DNA from: a virus
IMG/VR virus record: IMGVR_UViG_3300009163_000025
Span: 1 to 64,000 of that record
DNA: 64,000 nt
Reading direction: 5' to 3' (one strand)
A program made the position numbers and the translations under genes. The notes below the pieces were generated by a model, which saw only the letters and a program-made list of their open reading frames with translations, had not been told where the DNA came from and made no database searches. This document shows, piece after piece, positions 19,249 through 29,842 of this stretch; positions within the stretch are counted from its first letter, which is position 1, and each line of letters starts with the position of its first letter.

Positions 19249-19533
19249 GCCATCACCAATGCGATAATAACTACAATCATTACTGAATATTCCATCAGAG
19301 TGAAATTAGATATAATTCTAACATACCAATCATACTTGGTCAATCTCTCATGCAATGATAATTTCATTCTGACATCCTTGTGATTAATGCTTGCAGTACG
19401 GGTTCAATTTTAAACGCAGGAAGGCCTGCCATGTATTGAACATATGGAACTACGTCAATACCAGTCAAGCCTTTATCCCATGCCTCTAATATATAAGATT
19501 CAATTAGAGTAGTTTCATCCATAAGTCACCATG

Positions 19534-19995
19534 TTACATTGCTCCGCTAACGTAGCCTTTAGCGTATTCACGATCTTCGAAATCTTCAATACTAGTATCG
19601 ATTTCGTCCAAAACATCAATTGGTTTACGCTTGACCATATTGGCCATTGCGTCTTCAATAGAATCCTGTTTAAGCACAGGTTTGGAAACCGCTTTTGCTT
19701 TAGCCGTAGGAGCCTTTGCAACTGGTGTTTTTGTAACAACTGGTTTTGTCACTTTAGCAACTGGTGCTTTAGCGACAGGTGCAGTACCATTGCCAACTAG
19801 TTCATAACTAACAACGGCACGACCATCACGATTTGCACGGACAGCGAAGCCCGTATTTTTCTTGATTTCCCACAGATAAGTAGAAAGTCGAGTAGGAACG
19901 ATTCCATCAATCGCCTTCACTTGGCTAACTGTCATCGGACCTTTAGCGGTTTGGAGGGCTTCGAAAACTTTCACATATTGCAAAGATTTAGTCAT
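19534..19995 (-). CDS. Hypothetical protein, possible N-terminal winged-HTH with Ala/Lys/Pro-rich linker
   Basis: ORF with SD; low-complexity APVAK repeats. Confidence 0.55.
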   Translation of the reverse strand: MTKSLQYVKVFEALQTAKGPMTVSQVKAIDGIVPTRLSTYLWEIKKNTGFAVRANRDGRAVVSYELVGNGTAPVAKAPVAKVTKPVVTKTPVAKAPTAKAKAVSKPVLKQDSIEDAMANMVKRKPIDVLDEIDTSIEDFEDREYAKGYVSGAM

Positions 19996-20057
19996 AATAT
20001 AATTTCCTTAAAAAGAGTTAACTAAGAGATACATGGTAACACACCATGGGGTGTTTG

Positions 20058-20477
20058 TCAAGCACTAACCACAAAAGGTTTGTCGTATTTGCCAACATTG
20101 ATATGAGCATAGTAAGCGGTATCGAAATAGTCCGTCATCGCATCGCTACGGTCATAATAATCACCAGAATAAATCGCAGTAACGATTTTGGTCATTAATT
20201 CTTTTGCCTTACCAGAGTAATGATCCTGATAATAATAATGATTCACTTGGTCGTAACCAGTCGTATTAGGTTGAAAACCACGGGCAACTTGATAAGAGTC
20301 ACGGCCGCAAGTTTCGTTTGCGTTTGCAATAAAGTCAACAGGTGCGGACTTGATTGTGCATGTAATAGAAAGACTATCGCAACGCAAGGAATACTTAACA
20401 CCAGTGCCTTTCAGCGCCTTGTCAAGGTTTGCTTTGATTTTCGCTTTGCGTTCTTGATTCATATAAGCCATGTTCAA
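20058..20477 (-). CDS. Conserved phage early hypothetical protein
   Basis: AYMNQE.K..I and YYDRSDAMTDYF.TAYY..INVG motifs. Confidence 0.7.
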   Translation of the reverse strand: MNMAYMNQERKAKIKANLDKALKGTGVKYSLRCDSLSITCTIKSAPVDFIANANETCGRDSYQVARGFQPNTTGYDQVNHYYYQDHYSGKAKELMTKIVTAIYSGDYYDRSDAMTDYFDTAYYAHINVGKYDKPFVVSA

Positions 20478-20679
20478 TTCACTCCATAAAAAATACAGTC
20501 TTCATCATACGATTCTGATTCATACGTCATCATATCGTGGTAAGCATTCATTGTATCACGGAATGCTTGGTAAGTCAAGTCGATTTCATCTTGTTGTTGG
20601 GTTAAAGCAACATCTTGAAGTTCAACATTAATCAAATCAATATTCATAATTAGTCCTTAATCTCACAACCAACACCCTT

Positions 20680-20741
20680 AGTATACCGCACCTTCCGGCG
20701 AAAGTCAAGTGTTTTTTCGGTAATGTTGCAAAAAAACGACA
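20680..20741 (-). promoter_or_regulatory. Sigma70-type early promoter with upstream TGTTG-N8-CAACA box
   Basis: TTGACT(20708-20703)-17-TATACT(20685-20680); box 20724-20741. Confidence 0.8.
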
Positions 20742-20783
20742 GAATTAGGGCGGCTTTGGGCGGTTTTTCGCTATAAGTCAATG

Positions 20784-21100
20784 CTAGAGTACGTCCGAAC
20801 CATCAGAGTCGCCCAAACGGCGGTCTAAGGCGTCAATATCGTGATCCAAACGGCTATGGAAAGAGTCTTCTCCATCATCTCCAGAAACCAACCAGTCGAT
20901 TCTCTGCACATAAATTTGTGCTAATAAAAGTGTCATATGAGCCAGTTTAAATTTTGCAATAGTTTCTGGTGAAAAATGCCAGCCCAAACTAGAGCCATTT
21001 ACATCTTTTTCTTGTAAGTCATTACTTAGGATAATATGCTCAATTTCATCCGCAATACGTCCTAGTTCATATTGTTTATAATCAAAATGTCCGCCGCTCA
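20784..21100 (-). CDS. Hypothetical protein
   Basis: MSGGHFDY...RIDWLVSGDDGEDSF..RL, a recurrent phage ORF pattern; start approximate. Confidence 0.6.
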
Positions 21101-22448
21101 TAATTATCTTCCTGTAATAAATCCGACAACAAAACCAAACGTTCGAATACACCAAACTTTGAAACGAAATCTTTTGTTTATGCCATTTCGTTTTGCATCA
21201 TTGTATCGATTACGAAATATTGGACTCACACGGTTCCTCCGTAATATGGAATCAGCAATTCTAAAGCGGAAATAAGTTTAATGTTATTTGCAACATCTTC
21301 TGGATGCAACCATTTTCCTTCTTTAAAATCTTCAAGTTCTTTTTGCAAATACTTTAATTGGTCTTGCATAGTCAGCAAAGTAATTTTATCTGCAATATCA
21401 TAGTCAAGTGTAAGTCCTTTACTCATATTCTACCTCAAAAATGTTTTAGCAATTTTATCTGCACAGTAATGTCCATCTTTACCATTGTCGCCCATATCTT
21501 CGCAAATGTTTAGGCACTCTTGAATAATCAATTCAGCAAATTTATGAATGTCAATGTAACCGTGAAACAAACGGGGTGACGATATAGAAACTTCGGATTC
21601 TTGCAATAGTTCTTTAATTCGTTGGTTCATTCTTCTTCTCCAAACTCTTGTGTTACTTGATTCACCATATCACACATGCAACTAAAACAAGTTGGGCAGA
21701 ATGATACACTTAGCATACCAAAGTAGCCGTGTATGCCGCCTTCGTCATCGGTGAATGAGCAATTACAAACACTACATTTGTTCATGCGAATTCCTCAATG
21801 TCAAATTTAGTCATAACTGTTTGCTTTACACCTTTAACTTTAATTGTCTTAGGATAAAAGTATTCGGGGAAACTTGTAGAACCATCTTCGTTCACTTGAA
21901 GAATTTTGCCAATTGCAATCCATTCTTTGATTGACATTTCCTCACCAGTAAATTGTTCAAGATATTCTTTGCATTGGTCAAATGTCTCAAATTCTTTTGA
22001 GAACATTAAATTCATAATTTTTGGTTTTGCGAGTAACATAATTTATTCCTTATAAACAAGTGAGGAGGTACCATCGTAACGTGAAATGTCTTCGTTCCAT
22101 GAAGGTGGTTGTCCGCATTCAAAATGCGCTACATCACGGCCTTCAATGTCTTCTTCAACATCTAGAATATCAACTTCATCGGTGTAATGCCAATCGTGGC
22201 ACCATTCACAATAGACTTTGAATCTATCTTGTGCCATTAGTCGTTTGCTTTGAAAGCCTGTCATTGATCTACCACTCCAAATAGTTCTTGAATGTTTTCA
22301 ATACATGCACGAATATCTACGCCGATATTTGAACAAGCCATATTGTATCCTTTATCCCAATCATCTTTGGGTTTAGTCCTTTGATCGGCAACTCTATCTT
22401 CCAATTCGTATAAAAATTCCAATACTTTAGAATAGTTTTTCTTCATGT

Positions 22449-22877
22449 TCACTCCGCAGAAATTGGATCTAAACAAAATTGTGCAAAGTCTTCCCACGTA
22501 CCATCAAATATAATTTGATTGTGTCCGCTATCGTATCCGTAACCACAATTCTGCACAATCACTTTGTCTTCATACACATGGTATTCATAGTCTTGGCTGT
22601 AGTCACGACCAAGCACAGGTGCGTGAATATAAATTCCACCAACACCGTGTTTTAACTGAACAACTAATTGTGCGGCAAGACAACTCATGCCATTTGCTTC
22701 AATTGAATTCTGTTCACCATAGCCATTGACAAGGGTTTTAGAATTCAAAAACTGAGCAAGTTCATGTCCGTGCCCTGAGGGATATCCATCGTATTGACGA
22801 TAGATGCACATGATTGGTTCAGATTCACCATTGTCACCACTAGAATCATAAACATAAGTTAAAGACCGAGTACCCAT
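22449..22877 (-). CDS. Conserved phage hypothetical protein
   Basis: MGTRSLT...YRQYDGYP.GHG, NGM.CLAAQL. Confidence 0.7.
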   Translation of the reverse strand: MGTRSLTYVYDSSGDNGESEPIMCIYRQYDGYPSGHGHELAQFLNSKTLVNGYGEQNSIEANGMSCLAAQLVVQLKHGVGGIYIHAPVLGRDYSQDYEYHVYEDKVIVQNCGYGYDSGHNQIIFDGTWEDFAQFCLDPISAE

Positions 22878-23434
22878 TACATATTCTCCTTTGCCATATC
22901 ATAACCATTCATAAAATCAGCATCGGAAAACAATGTATCGTTCCAACGCTTCTCAACTATCACTTCAACCCATTCAACTGGACAACCAACTTGCGCCGCA
23001 ATGTCTTCACAAAGCATAACTGTAGTATCCAGCAATTCATTAATTTCAATTTCAATATCGCTCATTATGCATCCTCACGAATTACACTAACACCAATCAA
23101 CATGCCGATTAGACCGCCAATCGCAACCATCATTAGGGTCAACAAGTCGGCATCGGGATTCACTTCAATACCACCAACGGCACCAAAGACAATTAGAAAA
23201 CTAACAAGCATTATAATAGAACCACGCATTAATTCCAACTCCTAACATTAAGTACTTCAATTTCAACAAATTCATCCTCAATATCATCAGGTATTTGCTT
23301 TTCAATGGTATTAGCAAAATACACAGCGGCATCATTATTATCAAATGCCTTCAAATTGACCCAACCATTCTCAGGACCAAAACTCTTAACGATATAAACT
23401 TCCATTTTAATCTCTTTTCAACTGAACAAATTCT

Positions 23435-23496
23435 AGTATAGCACAATGGGCAGGTAAGTCAACAACTATTTTCAAGACTGTTGTTTTCTAGCAACA
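23435..23496 (-). promoter_or_regulatory. Early promoter with operator-like box
   Basis: TTGACT-16-TATACT (extended -10); TGTTG-TTTTCTAG-CAACA at 23479-23496. Confidence 0.8.
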
Positions 23497-24144
23497 TCAA
23501 TAATAACTTTGAGTTAGTGATTTATTATTGGACATATATGAAATAAAAAATAATAGTGTTAATCTACAGTCATCTTTATTACTTCCAAAAAACATATTTT
23601 CTTTATGGAAAGTTTGTGAATTATACAAAAATAATCTATTATATACATTTGACACATCTAGCGTCTTTATAAAACATGAATTATGATCAATTCTATTTTT
23701 ATTTACGACTGAAATATCAATTAATTCATCATTGTAAAATTTCTGCTTTATATCTTCACCAAGATTATTTTGATTGGCAAATTCATCTAAAACATAAAGT
23801 GACGTTCCAGCATTAATTGGTGCATTCGGTGTTAAATATATTACACCAGCGATATCAAATTTTGGACCATCATGGTGCACCCAACCTTCTTGATATTTAC
23901 CAAAAGATTGTTGAAACATCATTTCGACATAATAATTTACTTTGTGTTCTTTTAAATCGAATAAAAACGATAATGCTTTTTTGATAACAAAGTCATTAAA
24001 TTTTGAATCTAGTATATTCATAAATGAAGTTCTAACTCCAGGAATTATTTCACCAGATTTTCTTTCATATGGTAAAGTTAAAGCATAATCTCTAACTAGT
24101 GTTGGAGATTCAAAAAAATTATCCACTATAATATTTGGTGTCAT
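23497..24144 (-). CDS. DUF6445-like / 2OG-Fe(II) oxygenase-fold protein
   Basis: IVDNFF..P..VR..AL, PG.RT, HHD, AGVIYLTP....GT, YNRL.LY...H, RLT..FF. Confidence 0.7.
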   Translation of the reverse strand: MTPNIIVDNFFESPTLVRDYALTLPYERKSGEIIPGVRTSFMNILDSKFNDFVIKKALSFLFDLKEHKVNYYVEMMFQQSFGKYQEGWVHHDGPKFDIAGVIYLTPNAPINAGTSLYVLDEFANQNNLGEDIKQKFYNDELIDISVVNKNRIDHNSCFIKTLDVSNVYNRLFLYNSQTFHKENMFFGSNKDDCRLTLLFFISYMSNNKSLTQSYY

Positions 24145-24606
24145 TTTTAAACCCCCAATCTGTTGGTTTTAGCAACACCAGAAATTTGCCACAATTTTTC
24201 TTCACCTTCATAATCGTGTGCATAAACAGAAAGTTTTTGCCCATATACTTCAATAGTGCCCCAATTATCATAAACATTATACGGGTCTGGTTCTACAGTA
24301 ACGTTCCGCATAATTTCACAATAACCATTTCGCCACGTAGGCAATTTCTGTTTAAAATACTTATCGTTTTCACGTTGAATAACAAAGATTTTAGATTTCA
24401 TTTTATTTCACTTCAAAAAAAAAGGGGGAAAACATTACGCAACACAAGTCCGCCTAGCGGTAGGGCTAGTTTTCCCCTCAAGGATATTCTTTACAATTTT
24501 ATCTGTCATAATTACACCACCATATGCACGGCGATAAATTTCAGCACATTCTTTAATTCCAAAAACTAAAACTTTACCAGTTGGCATGAGGAGGGTGTAA
24601 TTCATT

Positions 24607-25356
24607 TTAAGCCGCCATTAATATAAGAGTAGGATACTTTACAAAACCAGTGGTGTCTTTTTTTGCTTTGCCTTTTGCATACAAACCAACAACAACACCT
24701 TTAGGATCAAGGAAACGCAAATCGGATTCGTCACCATTGAAAACTGGCATACCCATATAAGTCTCAGGCATTGGCAAAGTTTTCTTAATACCAAACACGG
24801 TAGCAACATTATAACCTTGTTGAATTGCTTTTGCAACATCAACATCATTGCCGTCAGCGGCAGAAAATGTCAAATGGTAGTTAGCGATATCAACAATTTT
24901 ACGACCAAGAATCTTGGTGTAGTCATAGAATTGGACTTCAGGAAAAGCGGTGAACATGTTACGAAACAATTGACCGTTACGGACAACTTCATACTTTTCA
25001 AACGCAAGGTCGGAAGTACCATTCAAACGGAATACAGGAATCAGGTTCATCCGTTTGCTTTGCTTAATTGCTAATTCAATATCGGCAACCAGCAGGTTCA
25101 TAAATTGAATACGGTCTTCGAAAAACATTTTGGTTTTGCGAATGCGGGCTTGTTGAATAACGTTAGTGGTTTCGCCACGCTTAAACATACCGCCACGACC
25201 AGCGAGGTTCAAACAAGCGGCAGTACAACCAGCGGTACGCTTGGCGCAAGTTTCATAGCCACTCAAATCTGCTGGCGCAAGGTGCAGAATGTAGGTATTG
25301 TAACCTTGTGACATTCCTTTAAGAACTTTGGGGTTTCCAGTAGATAGAAGTTTCAT
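24607..25356 (-). CDS. GP88-like protein with Cys cluster
   Basis: CAKRTAGCTAACL, RLNGTSD, FYDYTK, GDESDLRFLD. Confidence 0.75.
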   Translation of the reverse strand: MKLLSTGNPKVLKGMSQGYNTYILHLAPADLSGYETCAKRTAGCTAACLNLAGRGGMFKRGETTNVIQQARIRKTKMFFEDRIQFMNLLVADIELAIKQSKRMNLIPVFRLNGTSDLAFEKYEVVRNGQLFRNMFTAFPEVQFYDYTKILGRKIVDIANYHLTFSAADGNDVDVAKAIQQGYNVATVFGIKKTLPMPETYMGMPVFNGDESDLRFLDPKGVVVGLYAKGKAKKDTTGFVKYPTLILMAA

Positions 25357-25391
25357 AAAATTTCCTTTTGTTTTCTCACTCAACAGAATCT

Positions 25392-25473
25392 ATTGTACAC
25401 CGTTCCGAACGTAAGTCAAGGGTTATTTTTGCTGTGGGGTAAAAACAACAATAGGTGTTGCAAAAAAACAACG
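25392..25473 (-). promoter_or_regulatory. Early promoter with two upstream boxes
   Basis: TTGACT-16-TACAAT; boxes at 25433-25450 and 25456-25473. Confidence 0.78.
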
Positions 25474-26127
25474 CAAAAAACCGCCTTTTGGGCGGTTTTT
25501 CTAGTCTAGGAGGGGTCTGAGTACAGTCTAGGACGAAGAGCCGCCCAAAAGCCGCCCTATACTGTCTTCTGATGCCAACTGCGAAGTGCTTTATCCAAGT
25601 TTCGGAATGCTTCCTCTTCCTCATCGGTTGTTTTATCATATGCGTATGATGTTGTACTTCCACCCAAATCTAATGGAGCGGTTGTATAAGTTGGTGGTTG
25701 ATAATTATTCATTGTACTCATTGCGCTAAAATCATATTTAACTTCATTTTTTTCATCCCTAACTGCATCAAATACAGTTTGAAATTTTTCATACAATGTA
25801 GAATCGATATCGTCAATCATACCTTCAAGTGTATAGATTGCAGATTGCACCACTTTCATATCTACATCATTCTCTGCGCCAGCAACAAGAAGTTTAAAGA
25901 GATTTTTAAACTCCCCAACTCGGATGATTGCAGATTCCAGTTCAGTTAGTTCAGCCCAATGTTTCATATTGACTCCAGTTTAATAGGTTTTGGTGCAGGT
26001 TGTTCTTGCACCGATTCTTTAATAACGCCTTGAAAATTATTTACCGATTTATCAATCAATTTTGCAATGCCAGTTGTACCAGCAGTTGCAAGAAAGATTC
26101 CAAACGCAATACCAAATGCAAAATTTA

Positions 26128-26436
26128 TCATGCTGTGATCCAATCAATATCATCACGAATTTCTACAGATTCAGCACCATCATATTCGTGAATACGAAAA
26201 GCAGTACCGACAGGCAACCATTGAACTTTTAAATCACCTGCACCACCACAGTATGTGTCTGGATATTTGGCTTCGCAATATTGTGTAATTGTTTCAGAAT
26301 TTGTTCCGTCTTCAATCATCTCTACAATAGTTGGATCAAACAACAATTCTGAATTAGAATTCCATGTTGACCAACCAGCACCAAATCCTGGAGATACAAG
26401 TACTGCAACTTTTCCATCACGAATAACTTTGTTCAT
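26128..26436 (-). CDS. Conserved phage hypothetical protein
   Basis: KVAVLVSPGFGAGWSTW...F.I.EYDGAES. Confidence 0.7.
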   Translation of the reverse strand: MNKVIRDGKVAVLVSPGFGAGWSTWNSNSELLFDPTIVEMIEDGTNSETITQYCEAKYPDTYCGGAGDLKVQWLPVGTAFRIHEYDGAESVEIRDDIDWITA

Positions 26437-26653
26437 AACATAAATTTCCTAAGAACTTTTTTTGCATCCGAAAACTCACTAATCATTGATTCATCAATCA
26501 ATTCATGTAAGATCAATTTCATTAGCACATCACTCATTCTTTTATCACCATCAGTTAAAGATTCATACCACTCAAGATATTCATCTTCTTTATCGATTGA
26601 CCACATAGCATCTAGCAATTCAACTTGATGTTCTGTCAAATTTTCGATTTTAA

Positions 26654-27493
26654 TCATACTTCAATCACCTTTGCAAAATATGGTTCTTTATCATTGCTTT
26701 CACGTTCGTAGTTAACGTAGCCTCTTGGATTGCAAACAACTCTAGTACTACCAATCATGTAATCAAACACTTCATGCGTATGCCCATGCGTCCACAGTTT
26801 AATTTCAGGATGATCTAAAATAAAATCATTTAAATCGCTAGAGTATGCACCATTCATCATAGTCTCATGTTTATAACGTGGATGAGTAGATTGTTTGCTA
26901 GGTGCATGATGCCCAACAACAACATACTTGTTAGATTTACCCATCAAAGAAATCATCAATCGAATGTACTCAAGCATTTTTCTATGATCTTCAACTGAAT
27001 CTTCTGGTGTAAAACGTGGCGGTCTTGTTTTTGTATGAATACGATTGCTGTTTGTAACACAACGGAAGTCATTCATAATACCTTTGATATTATACAGAGT
27101 AAGTCCATCTTCTTTGTTCATATCTGTCCAAAGTGTTCCGCCAATGAAAGTAACGTCATCAATAGTCACATGTGATTTGTCAAGAAACTTTACACCAATA
27201 TCGTGACATGCACTACCTAGGATAGTTGCAGTTGTTGCAAAGTCTCCATTATAGTGTTCGTGATTACCCATAATATAAAGAACATGTTTATATTCTTTAA
27301 CACAATTTTTCAAGAATTCAATGAACCTATGTCCTTTGTATTCTATGGTTTGATTGGGATCACCAACTGCGTTTTCAACTTCATTGGCAGTCATAATATC
27401 ACCACTTAGAATGAGAACGTCAGCATTCTCAGGATTGACTGGATACCAGTCTCCAAATTCCAAGTGTATATCTGATGTAATTGCAACTTTCAT
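26654..27493 (-). CDS. Calcineurin-like metallophosphoesterase
   Basis: SDIHLE, GD, GNHE, HH.P, HGHTH. Confidence 0.9.
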   Translation of the reverse strand: MKVAITSDIHLEFGDWYPVNPENADVLILSGDIMTANEVENAVGDPNQTIEYKGHRFIEFLKNCVKEYKHVLYIMGNHEHYNGDFATTATILGSACHDIGVKFLDKSHVTIDDVTFIGGTLWTDMNKEDGLTLYNIKGIMNDFRCVTNSNRIHTKTRPPRFTPEDSVEDHRKMLEYIRLMISLMGKSNKYVVVGHHAPSKQSTHPRYKHETMMNGAYSSDLNDFILDHPEIKLWTHGHTHEVFDYMIGSTRVVCNPRGYVNYERESNDKEPYFAKVIEV

Positions 27494-28104
27494 TAGTCTA
27501 CCTTCATTGCATTTAATTCGCTAATCTTTTGTGTTTCAATCTTATCTGTTTGTTTATCTAACTCACGAAAAGATTTAGATGCACGTAACTGAGCATAGAG
27601 TGCGGCGTTACGTTGTACTTCAGCAAGCATGATCTTGTTTGATTCGTCAGCAGAGAAACGCAGTCTAACGAATGTACGAAAGCCACTACCTTCTTTTACT
27701 GTCATAAAGTTAACACGTTGTACACCAACTAAATTTACTTTAGAAACAATCAATCGTGTAGTACGTTCAATGTCAGCATTAGCAACACCTTTACCTAACA
27801 CACCAGATTCAACTGCAAAGTCTTTCATCATAGCACTAGTGTATGAAGAATAGTTAGATGCAAGTTCACGTTTAGCAGACAACATTGCTTTGTCTACAGA
27901 GAACTGAAAATCGTTTGAGTATTCAGTACCAACACCATAGATAGCAGAATCATCTTTCTTTGGTGCATCAGCATACCACTTAGGATAGTCAACTTCATTA
28001 CTAAACATTTTTGTTTCACTCACACTCGGACCATCTTTGATAGTACTACATGCGCTTAATGAAATTACAAACGGCACCACAATATAACAGAGTAATTTTT
28101 CCAT
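27493..28104 (-). CDS. Lipoprotein (LPP20-like)
   Basis: Lipobox LSAC; P.WY, G.G.....A.DKA...AK.ELA. Confidence 0.65.
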   Translation of the reverse strand: MEKLLCYIVVPFVISLSACSTIKDGPSVSETKMFSNEVDYPKWYADAPKKDDSAIYGVGTEYSNDFQFSVDKAMLSAKRELASNYSSYTSAMMKDFAVESGVLGKGVANADIERTTRLIVSKVNLVGVQRVNFMTVKEGSGFRTFVRLRFSADESNKIMLAEVQRNAALYAQLRASKSFRELDKQTDKIETQKISELNAMKVD

Positions 28105-28107
28105 GAT

Positions 28108-28236
28108 TTATTTTCCCACATTCTTAATGTATTGACCTGCTTGATTCAAGTCTTGTCCAGCACCTTGCAAAGTGCCACCCACAGTACCACAGCCAGTTAA
28201 GACTATCAGTACACCCATAATAAAAAGAGACTTCAT
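28108..28236 (-). CDS. Entericidin EcnA/B-like small lipoprotein (42 aa)
   Basis: Manual translation MKSLFIMGVLIVLTGCGTVGGTLQGAGQDLNQAGQYIKNVGK; lipobox LTGC and G.GQD motif. Confidence 0.65.
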   Translation of the reverse strand: MKSLFIMGVLIVLTGCGTVGGTLQGAGQDLNQAGQYIKNVGK

Positions 28237-28238
28237 AC

Positions 28239-28967
28239 TTACCTCATAATGTTAATTTGATGATTTACAAGTTTCCTTCCTAAGAAAGGAAGACTCATTA
28301 CCAACTGATCAAACTCAAGTGTACTATACTTCGGTTGAAATGTCAAGTTATCTTCGGTAAACAAAAACACTAGAACTTCTTTTGATTGTTGTTTTGTTAT
28401 TGGCAATAATGCTTCGAACTTTTGATTTGCCGTTGGCAAAGTAAATTCTTTGTTTGGCAATTTAACAGAGTACTGGTGTATTAGTCGGTATTCATTGCCT
28501 GTCATGTTGAATACCGCAAGTTTACCAGCACGATTGATAACAGCATTGAATGCAAATCTATCACCATGTTTGTACTCTGTTTTGCCGTCTACTTTGAATT
28601 GAATTTGATTTGTGACCTTTTCTACATCTGCAACAATGTCAACAAAACAAATTGTTTGCTTATGTTGTGGTGCTGTGTAACGATTCTTGCTAATGACGTT
28701 TTTGACTTCGCCGCTTGTCTCCGAAAAGTATTTTCGATACGATGTACAATACTCATCCTTACAAATTTCGTTTGTTGAATGTTCAATTAGTTCACCAACA
28801 AATTTCTCAATAGCATCTTTCTTAGCACGTTCTTCTGCTAGACTACATGCAATGTTTTCTGCTGTTTCTGGACCGAAACGATACTCACCATTTCCTACGA
28901 CTGTCGCATTTGCCGAGAGTCCTCCGAGTATTGCAAGTATTGCGAGGGAAAGTTTTGCCTTAACCAT
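28239..28967 (-). CDS. Secreted hypothetical protein
   Basis: Signal peptide, several Cys; in operon with lipoproteins. Confidence 0.6.
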   Translation of the reverse strand: MVKAKLSLAILAILGGLSANATVVGNGEYRFGPETAENIACSLAEERAKKDAIEKFVGELIEHSTNEICKDEYCTSYRKYFSETSGEVKNVISKNRYTAPQHKQTICFVDIVADVEKVTNQIQFKVDGKTEYKHGDRFAFNAVINRAGKLAVFNMTGNEYRLIHQYSVKLPNKEFTLPTANQKFEALLPITKQQSKEVLVFLFTEDNLTFQPKYSTLEFDQLVMSLPFLGRKLVNHQINIMR

Positions 28968-29072
28968 GATATAGCATCCTGTTCATTATCAAAATATGGA
29001 CCAATAATTCGAGTGTTTTGCATCCAAAAATAAGTATAGGTTGCCATTTGTGCATCCCTATACTTTATCAAT

Positions 29073-29543
29073 TCAAGCAATTTTCAATCCTTTAAGTCTA
29101 TCTGCGGCATATGATGCGGCAAACGCTTTTGGTTTCACCATAGGAATTACATTACATGTTCCACGAATGTAACCAATTGCTTCTTGAAGAACACATGAAG
29201 AACCAAACATTTCATTCGGATTAATATCCAAATGAACTTCAACTTCTCTATCTTCTAATACGTCAAAAAGTTTCAAGTATAACTCCGAAAGTTTATATGC
29301 TTCGTTCATTAAACGATAGCGTGGTTTACTAACTTTTTTATCAAAATCTTTTTCACGTATCACTTCACCAAAAAGTTTACATCCATGTTTACCATCGATA
29401 TGAACAACGATTGCAAGTATGTAGTCTGCGTACCAAACACCATCAACACGCAATCTTTCAGAATCGCACCCCAAATAGATTTTAGTCTCAGGCGTCTGTT
29501 TTTCAATGAACTCTTTTACTTCTTCTAAATTTAATTTTGCCAC
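29073..29543 (-). CDS. RNase H-like YkuK family protein
   Basis: IYLGCDS, EVHLDIN, KP.AFAASYAAD. Confidence 0.8.
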   Translation of the reverse strand: MAKLNLEEVKEFIEKQTPETKIYLGCDSERLRVDGVWYADYILAIVVHIDGKHGCKLFGEVIREKDFDKKVSKPRYRLMNEAYKLSELYLKLFDVLEDREVEVHLDINPNEMFGSSCVLQEAIGYIRGTCNVIPMVKPKAFAASYAADRLKGLKIA

Positions 29544-29603
29544 AATATTTCCTAAGTCATGACTACATTATTGCACAATAACAATTGCCTGTCAAGTTAT
29601 TTA

Positions 29604-29677
29604 TGGCATCCCGCCAGGGATTCGAACCCCGATCAACGGTTTTGGAGACCGCTATGTTGCCTTTACACTAGCGAGAT
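29604..29677 (-). tRNA. tRNA-Trp(CCA)
   Basis: Cloverleaf, loop CTCCAAA, encoded CCA. Confidence 0.9.
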
Positions 29678-29679
29678 AT

Positions 29680-29754
29680 TGGTGGGCTTAAGTGGATTCG
29701 AACCACTACCTTATCAATTATGAGTTGACGGCACTACCTTTATGCTATAAGCCC
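29680..29754 (-). tRNA. tRNA-Ile2(CAT), probably lysidine-modified
   Basis: Loop CTCATAA, GGGCTTA acceptor with paired 1:72; Ile2 versus Met assignment is inferred. Confidence 0.75.
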
Positions 29755-29757
29755 AAT

Positions 29758-29842
29758 TGGTATGAGTAGCCGGAATCGAACCGGCATGCCTTGCGGCGAG
29801 AGATTTTAAGTCTCTTGCGTCTACCTATTTCGCCATACTCAC
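29758..29842 (-). tRNA. tRNA-Leu(TAA)
   Basis: Loop CTTAAAA, long variable arm, CCA. Confidence 0.9.
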
